DNA from: Octopus bimaculoides
Lineage: Eukaryota
DNA: 64,000 nucleotides
Assembly (NCBI RefSeq): GCF_001194135.2
Contig: NC_068985.1
Location: 106,725,102 to 106,789,101 of the forward strand
Reading direction: 5' to 3'
Part shown: positions 55,080-64,000 of the stretch, piece by piece
How the letters are laid out: each line of letters opens with the position of its first letter
Numbering within the stretch: the first letter of the stretch is position 1
Notes under the pieces: model-generated
What the model was told of the DNA's origin: nothing
Database searches by the model: none
What the model saw: only the letters and a program-made list of their open reading frames with translations
Made by a program: the position numbers and the translations under genes

Positions 55080-55340
55080 GCAATTGACAGGTTATGCCCG
55101 TTTCATATTAAAACCTAGAAAAAGAAAGACCGCAGTAGCATATTGACTTGTAGTACAAAATCCTCAAAGGAGTTAACATGGTCATGATCCTGCCAATTAC
55201 CATTGAGGTTTTGGGAATAGTGACCAAGAATTTGAGAACAACCCTTGAAAACCTAGAACTTAATTTGAGACTGGATGCCATGCTGAAAACCTGTTTCATT
55301 GGTTCAGTACAAATTATCCAGAAAGTCCTCAATGCAAAGT
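55080..55340 (+). mobile_element. R4/Dong-like RLE C-terminal fragment
   Basis: ILPITIEVLGIVTKNLRTTLENL...LKTCFIGSVQIIQKVL resembles the VVPVVIGALG...LLGTARILRKVL terminus. Confidence 0.6.
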
Positions 55341-57229
55341 AAAAACAGATATGAACAGCAGAAAAAGGCTTTTATATATATATATATATATATATAAAAG
55401 TGACCAAAAATTGCTCCTCATTCTAGACCATAAGTTGTGGTTTGATAGGAAGTATACTTAAACTAGTTACAACACCAATAAACATGTAACAGCAGAATAT
55501 TAATAATAAATTTCTTTTGTTTAATCTGATTGCTTTTTGTCAGTGAAGTGTACAGTTAAATGACTGAAGTCACTACCTCACAAACATTTATTTATTTTAT
55601 TAATGCTGGAGGTGACAAAGCAATGTCAACCTTGTCAGAAGTTGAGATTGAATGGGTTGAACATCTGGAACTCTAATACCTCAAGCATCTTCATAAACTA
55701 AACAAGAAAATAGCAAAGAAAGGAAGATTATTTTTATTAGAAACCATCATCATCATCATCATCACTATGGCAAATAAAGAAAGTATTATTATTTACTCCT
55801 AACTCGACGATTTGCTTTGTTGGTAAACAGCCAATATTTTATGTATCACACTCTCCAAGAGATTTATAAAGCCATGCAATATGAACAGTTAATAATGGTT
55901 TCTAATTTAGGCACAAAGCCAGCGATTGAGGGAGAGGAGATTAATCAAGTAAATCAACCCCCAGAACTTCACAGGTAATTCATTTTGTCAACCCTGAAAG
56001 GATGAAAGGCAAAGCTGACCTCAGCAGGATGTGAACTCAGAATTTAAAGAACCATAACAAACACCATAAGGCATTTATCAGATCTGTTAATCAGACAGTT
56101 TACTGCCAATATGGTAAAAACAGATTTCTTCACGATACCAAATTAGATTTTTGATAGTTTGAAATGTCTAAATCATTTTATGAAATGTTGCTAAATGAAA
56201 GAGTATTAACAATAGAACCTTGATTGTCTAAGAAAAGCTGCTAAATTTGTAGAATGCTAAAAAGATAGCAAAAATTCCTGACAGATAACAATATGGAAAT
56301 AGGGTTGGTGCCAACAATATAACAATACATTTTTTACTATTTAACTATTTTTTCTTTTTTCCTTTTGATGAAAATATTGAAACTAAGGGATGAAGAACCT
56401 GCTGCAGTTAACAATATACAGAAACATTAGTGCAAACATAGTCAAAATTGTATCCTGTCACTTACAGCTCTATTTATTCAAGTATCAACATGTTACAACT
56501 GATTATGGGTTTTTATTCTTCTTCTTATTATTATTATTATTATTATAAGCTATTACATGCTAATTTGATTAGGAGAGATGTTATCCTGAGGAAACAAATC
56601 TTCTCAAATCTTAAGAATTTTGGTTAAGGTTCTTGCAGGATTACAGGATGGCACTTTTCTGCAGGTCCTCAATTCAGGTTGTAATTCCAATTTTATGCAA
56701 TCTCTCAGGTGGTTACTTAGGTGTTGGGCTGAGTGCACCAGTTGTTACAGACACAACTTTCATTTTTATATTCTAGAACCTTATCATCTCTTTGGTTATA
56801 TTGTAGCAGAATAATAGAGTGTCAGCAAAAATGCTTTGCAGTATTTCTTCCAGATATTTACTTTCTTTGTTCAAATTGTGTTTCATCCATCTGGGGTTGA
56901 CAAAATAAAGTACCACTCAAGTACCAAGTTTGATTAAAGAAAATAACTCCTATCTTTAAATTAGGAACAATTATTATCATTATATTCTGAGTTTAAATTC
57001 CACTGAAGTCAGCTTTGCCTTACATCTTTATGGGGCTGATAAAATAAACTGCCAGTTACATACTGGAATTAATGTAATCAACTAACTCCATCCTGAAATG
57101 TTTGTCCTTGTTGCTGTTGTTTTTGTTATTGTTGTTAAGCAGTCTTATTTTTATTGCATGTTTTCACTGCACTGCTGAACACAGCTCTGAGTATCTTGAA
57201 TATGTTCAATGGTTTGTTTTGAATTTCTC

Positions 57230-57420
57230 TTTTCTGATGTATTGAAAATGCTGTGTGAAATGTGTATGCAGTACCTAGGGGTATCATTTTCTGCATGTTG
57301 CACATATATGTAAGTGCTGGTGGGGGTCTTGCTTCTGCATTTTAATCATTCCACCTATTACTATTGAAACCATTTCTGTTTTCAGCACTCCACATACTGG
57401 TTATCTCTATTTAAAGATCT
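57230..57420 (-). mobile_element. R4/Dong-like RLE C-terminal fragment
   Basis: EIEITSMW...KTP...LGTAY pattern on the minus strand, frameshifted. Confidence 0.5.
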
Positions 57421-58509
57421 TCATATCTAGATTATTTTTTTATTACTTAAAGAGGTATGTTATCTTTTATTAGAAATAATAATACAATAATAATGTGTTG
57501 GAAAATGATAAGTTGATTACTTCCTAATTGATCCCTAAGGATGAAAAGGAAAATCAACCTCTGTGGTAGATTTTTGGCGGGCAAGTCACAAGAAATACTG
57601 AAGGAAAGAACTACTGGTGTATTAGTCAGGCTTGAATGGTGATGGTGGTTGTAGTGATAGGGTGAGTTTTTGTGGTGATGGTTGGGCTACAATGTGTTGG
57701 TGGTGGTGAGGGTAGCATACAGCTTGTTAATTTGTATGAGTAATTATTGTAATAATGGTTGAAGAGATAGTGCATCAATTGGTTGATACATCAGTAGGCT
57801 AGAGGTTGTGCTGGTAAGTAATAGTTCAAGATTGCAGTTATGTCTAAATACAATGAATGAGTGGAGAGAGAAAAACAGAAATTGATGAGTAGTTTGACAA
57901 TGGTTAAGAAAAATCATATTGACTGATATAATAGAGAAAAATATGATAACCATAGCTAAAGAATAAAAGGTTTATAATTCATATCTTGTGACTGGTATTG
58001 TGTTATGTCCATCATTAAGACATTCAACTAACTACCAAGTCTATCAAATATCAGGTTTAACCAGCAAGTGTTTTGTTTGCTAGTAACATTGAGTTCACAT
58101 CCTCCTCTGGGTATATATACTCTATATGTATACTCTACTGGATTGTCTTGCTTGAGACACTACTGCATCCCAAAACCAAATAAATTAAGTGCTTCCCTCT
58201 CTGATAAAAATGTTAGTGTGAACGAACGATAAGTGTTTACATGGTAGTTATGTTTTGCAGTCCCTAGATACTACCATGCTGAAATGAAGCACCAAGTTGT
58301 GTAGTAAACAGAGAGGATTATGCAGGTGACGCAGTTGAAATTTTGGATGCAAAGCTGCAGCTATTACAAGGGTGATAATCTCTTTCACTTGATTCATTAA
58401 ATCATAAATATTTATATTGATTAAATAAGCTGTGTGTAATTGTACAGTTAAACAAGTGCTAAAGACAAAAACACTAAGATGTAGGCATTTCAAAAATATT
58501 AGTCTGAGA

Positions 58510-58900
58510 ATTCTTGTCGTTGAAAATGTTGATGTATCTATATAGGGTAGGCAGGTGTACCTTGTCATAGGTTTAATACTTCAATCTTCATAATACTAAT
58601 GGTGTTTGATATGCTGAAGTATTTATATAGAGTACTGTTTAGTCTAAAGCTTGACACATTAAGATTCATAATACTGATGGTGTTCAATGTGTTGAAGTAT
58701 TTATATAAAACAATGCATCTTGTTTAAAGTTCAACACATTAGTATTCATAATACTGATGGTGTTTGATATGTTGGTGTATTTATATAAGATAGAATGGTT
58801 TGTCTTCCCTAAAGTTTAACATTCAGGCAACAACAATACTATAGTGTCAGAGATGTTGAGATATTAACATAAGGTAGAGTCATATGTCTTGTCTTTTGGA
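58510..58900. repeat. Minisatellite, ~79-nt unit, about 4-5 diverged copies
   Basis: ttcataatact(a/g)atggtgtt..at.tg.tg..gtatttatata starts at 58587, 58665 and 58745, with weaker copies on either side. Confidence 0.85.
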
Positions 58901-60055
58901 ATTCATTTTAATAAGAATGTCAGATAGGTTGATGTGGTCGCACAGAATAGAATGGTGTGTCTAAAACTTCACAGTATAATACTGGTTGAATCAAATATAT
59001 TCATTTGCTGACAAAAAATTGATGAAAGGATAGAATTAAGAATAATGTGACTTCTTGTATGATTTGAAGTGGGTTTTGCTGCCGCTAAACATATGTCAAT
59101 GCGAACTGTTATAGCCAGTCTGACCAATAATTAACATTTGTATTTGGTTGTTGTCTAAGATCTTAAGTGTTAAACTAAATGCCTGCTATCCTAGAAAACT
59201 TGATTAGATGAACAGAGTAGTAGAGTAGTTTAGTGGATGCACTTAATAGGGAATACATGGCTAGCATTTAAATAACAAGTGAAATTAAAATTTTAGATAT
59301 TAGATAGTGTGGGACAAGATTTCAGACTAAAAATCCTAGATATAATTAATATTTTTTTGTTTCTTATTTCTATATCAAATAAATCCTAAATATGTACGTA
59401 TCCTACAAAAAACACTTTATCTTACCCTCATACAAGAGATATACTTGTGTATGTGTATACCAAAATCACATCAACAAATTTAGGATATTTTAAAAGTATT
59501 TAGGAAAGTTCGAATTCTCAGAGAGACTACTTTTACTAATTACAAATACAACTCTATATTGAAGCCAGTAAAGGATTTCTCTTGGGGGCAGCATGACCTG
59601 CTCAATGTAGAAGCCAAATCTCTCCTAATAAACTATTATCTTTGAAGTAGGCTCCACTTGGTAGAGATTTAAATTTTCAAACACCAAAGCCCACGATAAA
59701 GACATGGAAACCATGGCTAGAAACACTGATCTTAGCTATCCTCAAGCTTCTTAAGGAAATTTAAGGACTAATTTTATTCTCTCTAATCTAATATACACCT
59801 TCAATATTTGGAGAGAAAAAATAATGAAAACAGTAAAATTTATTAAACTGGAACATTGTGCAGGAATGAGTTTAGAAATAATTAAAAACATAAGTGAGAA
59901 TGATCTAACTAGTGAGTGGTGGGTAAAGAAGACAAGGAGTGCAATTATAGCAAAACTTCTTTATTAGGAAGAATAACTTTAACAATGGCAACCAACTGCT
60001 CATTCCAATGACATAGTTTGTGAAGGAATAAAGAAATAAAGAAAGAATGTAATAC

Positions 60056-60121
60056 CTGGCATCTGCTTCACTGTAAAACTCTCTAGCAACTATATCTTCA
60101 AATAATTCACCACCTGTTACT
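60056..60121 (-). CDS. CaMKII: CaMKII exon 5 (66 nt): (x)VTGGELFEDIVAREFYSEADA(S)
   Basis: Acceptor ttttcag|AGTAACAGGT; donor GATGCCAG|gtatta; 1 nt + 21 codons + 2 nt. Lies inside ORF-track entry 59905..60141. Confidence 0.96.
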
Positions 60122-60206
60122 CTGAAAAGAGAGATAAGCAAAAGGGATTAACACAATGTTATAAGAAAATAGAGTTTTTTAACAACAACAACAACAACAA
60201 CAATAA

Positions 60207-60419
60207 TGGTTTCAAAATTTTCAGCACAAGGCCGGCAATTTTGGGGTACGGGGCTAGTTGATTATATTGACCCCAGTGCTAAACTGGTACTTATTTTATT
60301 GAACCCAAAAGATGAGAGGCAAAGTTAACCTCAGCAGAATTTGAACTATGAACATAAAGACGGACAAAATGCTAGTAAGCATTTTGTTCAGTATGCTAAC
60401 GATTCTGCCATCTTACCAC
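60207..60419 (-). mobile_element. tRNA-head SINE, ~85 nt upstream of the exon 5 acceptor
   Basis: cagcagaatttgaactatgaac...gctaacgattctgccatcttacc. Confidence 0.85.
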
Positions 60420-61443
60420 TTTGATATTTAATAATAATAATAATAATAATTATTACTACTACTACTACTACTACTACCACTACCATTACCACTACCACTA
60501 TGATTATTATGGGTTTCAGCAAGTGCAGACTTATTTTTTTGCTCTCACAATTAGCTTTAGAATTACTACCTTTTCCAAGGATTTTCAGAAATTGGATGTT
60601 ATTTTACGTGTTTGTATTGTTAGTATTATTTTACAAGGCAAGTTAATGTTATTTATTTGGGTCTCTAAAAAAAAAACAAAAAAAAAACTGTTTTTATTAA
60701 CATTTGGGCTTTTGTTTTGGTTCAACTTGATTCACAATGGCATCAAGTTGAGGAAATGCTTTCTAAACCCAAAATTAAAAGAAAAAAAAGAAGCATTTCT
60801 GCCACTGCATAGCAGAATAACATGAACAAACCTGCATTGCAACAATGCACACAATGTTTAAAAATACAAAATGTTTAATTTCAGGCAAAAAGCTTTTAAT
60901 TTTTTTTTTTCCCCATGATTCTGAGAACCAACTTTGCAAAAAACAACAGTTACAACAATTGACACTCACACACAAATGTTGTCAAACAAGAAGTCCATAT
61001 ATGAAATTAATTTTGCTTGCACTGCCTTCAATGTTGAATCCTTGAAGATGGACAGTACACAACCTGAAACAATGCTGTGTTAGAATTGCCTAAAATATAC
61101 ATTCACAATTGGACAAGAAGACTGATCTACCTTTGTCTCTAAGGAGAAGCTTTCACTATACCCCCAAAAGACAATCAGGAACACTGTAAGATATCCTACA
61201 AATGTGTAAAATACCTAGGGATGTCTCACATGCTTCCCCAGTTATCAGAAAAAATGCCTTACACATTGATAAAGGTGAAGATTACAGTACCATCTGACTA
61301 ACTTGTAGGACTGAGGACAAAGCTCACAGAAAGTAGACACTGGGTGTGAAACAGCTGGCCACAAGTGCTGTCCAAAAATATAACAAGTAATATTGACTCC
61401 TAGCTACACATTACTTTTGTAAAACAATATGGGCACTTGTTAA

Positions 61444-62229
61444 ATGCAATTAGAAAAAAATTATATGCAATTAGGAAAGGTCAGTATAGATATGCATGTC
61501 CGGATGATACCGCAGAAGTACAGGGTCATTCCAGAGCTGTATCCTATTGTGTTGGTTGATTTTAAGGCAATAGAACTAGTTAGTGGTGCTGGGAAGAAAG
61601 CCCAGCTGTTATATTTGTGGCAGCAAAAGCCACTTGAGGGTTTTCTATTATGCAGAGCTAGCAAAATGCTAAAGGTTGATCAGGGTTTGGGAGCTGTTGT
61701 TCCAATAGCAACACCACCTGCATCACTGGTTGTAGATATGAGGATGGTTGAAAAATCATCCTCAATCTTAGTCTTAGATGTAAACCATTCTAAGGTACTC
61801 TCTCCTACCCTGAATCTAGTAGAGAAAGTCATTTCAAGAAACCAAACAGGTAGGAACCTTGTTTCCCTTTCCTAGCTAGGAAACATAGTACGACTCCATC
61901 ATTTTGTGAGGAGATCTATGGAAGGAAGTAAATTTCCAAATAGTTGCAGAAAACACAAAGAGGTAAAAGAGAAAAAAAGCAGCTCAAAAGGAAACCCAAC
62001 CACAGAAGAAAATAACAATAAAATATAAGATCCCATTCTCTTCAGAACAACAATTAATGATGATAAGGAAGATGATGATAGCCCCCTCTGGATGTTAAAC
62101 CAGTGCTTCATAGATAACAGAGTGGTACAGCAGGCATTGCCTGGATTCAAAGAACAAATAGATTCAGAATATGACGGATGTTCTGAAGACAGACACCTAG
62201 TGAAAAACAATAGTAATTTATTACAATGA
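61444..62229 (+). mobile_element. Decayed ORF1 of a non-LTR retrotransposon with a gag-type zinc knuckle
   Basis: One frame runs 61444-62229 with two internal stops. A shifted frame gives GRKPS-CYICGSKSHLRVFY (61607-61648), i.e. CX2CX4HX4C with the last Cys changed to Tyr. Confidence 0.6.
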
Positions 62230-62609
62230 ATTCAACCATGTGTATCCTCAAGTAAAGTTAACAAGTATCTTAGAATGCAGGAGGCTCTAGTATGAGTAAT
62301 GTCAGACAAACAGAGATGTGTGGTATGCCTAACCCAACCTAGCCAGTGATTTCTCATCCATATGTAGGCAAAAACTCCAAATATTTTCCATGTTTTATTT
62401 CCTTTTTAGATGATACTTCATTCAAATTATTCTCAGATTTTATGGAATTATTTGTATATTTTATAAATTTTCAACTTGTCTATACAGCTGGATAATGACT
62501 TTCATCCCTTCTCTTGACTTTATATAACTGTTTCCACCATACATCTAGTTTAACATTTCCTTGTTTATTTTAATGTATCTTCCAAGCTCTTGTGGCTAAT
62601 AAAGAAACA

Positions 62610-62653
<44 letters not shown>

Positions 62654-62863
62654 AGGCAATGAGCTGGTAGAATCGTTATCACATTGGGCAAAACGCTTAG
62701 TGGCATTTCATCTGTCTGCACAATCTGAGTGCAAATCCCATCGAGGTTGACTTTGCCTTTCATCCTTTCGGGGTTGATGAATTAAGTGCCAGTAGTGTAC
62801 TGGGGTCAATCTGACTGGCCTCTTCTCCCAAAATGTCAGGCCTTGTGTCTATAGTAAAAAGGT
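62654..62863 (+). mobile_element. Near full-length tRNA-head SINE flanked by (TAT)n
   Basis: gagctggtagaatcgttatc...ctttgcctttcatcctttcggggttgatgaattaagtgccag...tactggggtcaatc. Confidence 0.9.
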
Positions 62864-64000
62864 TATTATTATTACCATTATTATTATTATTATTATTATT
62901 ATTAGTAGTAGTAGTAGTAGTAGTATTTGCCCTGAGCTCCATGAAATTTTGTCTCTTTCACTTTTTCTGTTATTTTTGCATAAAAGGCTTACGTTCATTT
63001 TATTTTTCTTTATAGTTCTGTTGAAAATTGACATAGACATTAAATGAGCATGTCTCTGCTATTGAAAAGGAAGGCTGCAATTTTGTAAATTTGTTCATTT
63101 TATTTATTTATTTCTGTTTTTAAAAAAGTGGATGAAACAAAATCAATAATTTTCAGAGGTCAGCATCAAAATTTAGCCAATTTGAAAACAAACAGTAATA
63201 CTGTCACCATGACAACAGAAGACTGACATCATTGCAACTCCATTTCTACTTATACTTTAACATCACACAAGAATAATTGTAGTAGTAACAGCAACAATAA
63301 AAACAGAATAACAAGAACAATAATAAAAACAAAATCAGCACAGCAGTAGCAAAAATAGTTAAAAGAGTGATAACGATAGAAACAGCAAGATCAGAATTAA
63401 AAGAAAGAATAGTGAAGGTTCTCCAAGCTTGTTGGTTCTAAAGGAGACTGCAAAAACAGCAACACAAATGACACTGGTTTTACTACTTTTAGCACCACAA
63501 CCACCACTCCCTCGTTCACCATGGCAGTCAGATCCAGCAGGAGTAATGGCAGCAGTAACTTTACCAAAAACATAAAGATCAACTCTTTTTTTTCTTTTCT
63601 TTTTGCAGGAAAAGCACAAAATTTTGAGGAACAGTATGCAAGCACTCATTAAGATACACAGCAAGAAGCTCCTATTGGTAGTACCACCATATTGCCTGGA
63701 AAAACACAGGCAGAAAAACTGTAGTATATTGGTATGTGTCAGTTTTGAACTGACAAATTCAAATGTCCACAAATACCTAAATGGAAAAGTGCTTGAGCAG
63801 AATATGGTATGACACTGATTTTGTCACCTGAGTCAAGCAACATGGCAGAGTTGAAGCAAATTTCCTCTGTGTAACACATACACAGAGATATTCTACAGAC
63901 CGTGAGCAAGAGGCAGGATTTTGTCCCTCATCCCAGTATACAAGGGAGAGGAAAGGGGTGAAGATAAAAGTTTTTGAATGTGCAGTCAGAATTGAACATC

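Noticed and set aside
58510-58900. Regularly spaced repeats as a possible CRISPR-like array
   Set aside because: The whole unit is repeated, there are no unique spacers, the context is a eukaryotic intron and there are no cas genes.
10778-60055. A third exon 6 variant
   Set aside because: A by-eye scan for further HC.QQILE / HRDLK exons found none. A very diverged copy or one hidden in a gap cannot be excluded; tBLASTn would settle it.
59905-60141. ORF-track entries that contain the CaMKII exons (also 36929-37219 and 20355-20606)
   Set aside because: Only the splice-bounded cores are coding; the rest is read-through into intron.
61882-61899. Peptide NIVRLH, resembling CaMKII HPNIVRLHDS
   Set aside because: It is on the opposite strand to the gene, has no splice context, the flanks do not match, and it lies inside the LINE ORF1-like frame.
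63359-63772. 137-aa minus-strand ORF as a possible extra exon
   Set aside because: No similarity to CaMKII or any domain I recognise, low-complexity ends, and no convincing splice-site pair.

Overview
AT-rich, microsatellite- and retroelement-dense eukaryotic DNA. The SINE/RTE repeat families look like those of Octopus (recognised from memory, not from a search). The only host gene I can support is an internal part of a minus-strand CaMKII gene. It has four short kinase-domain exons with canonical AG/GT ends, separated by 10-23 kb introns: a 66-nt exon (60056-60121), TWO paralogous 73-nt exons (37109-37181 and 20487-20559, both encoding alphaE-HRDLK) and a 103-nt exon (10675-10777). Including both 73-nt exons, or neither, creates a premature stop, so they are best read as mutually exclusive exons that give two catalytic-core variants. 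This is the main finding. The introns hold decayed RTE, CR1-like, R4/Dong-like, Penelope-like and zinc-knuckle LINE remnants, a Tigger-like remnant, a hAT MITE and many tRNA-head SINEs. They also contain several fold-back structures, notably a ~400-nt hairpin between the two alternative exons whose arms carry a minimal hammerhead-ribozyme-like motif. Most entries in the ORF track are microsatellite, gap or TE artefacts. Exon numbers follow my recollection of human CAMK2 exon sizes (66/73/103 nt = exons 5/6/7). TE and SINE boundaries are approximate.
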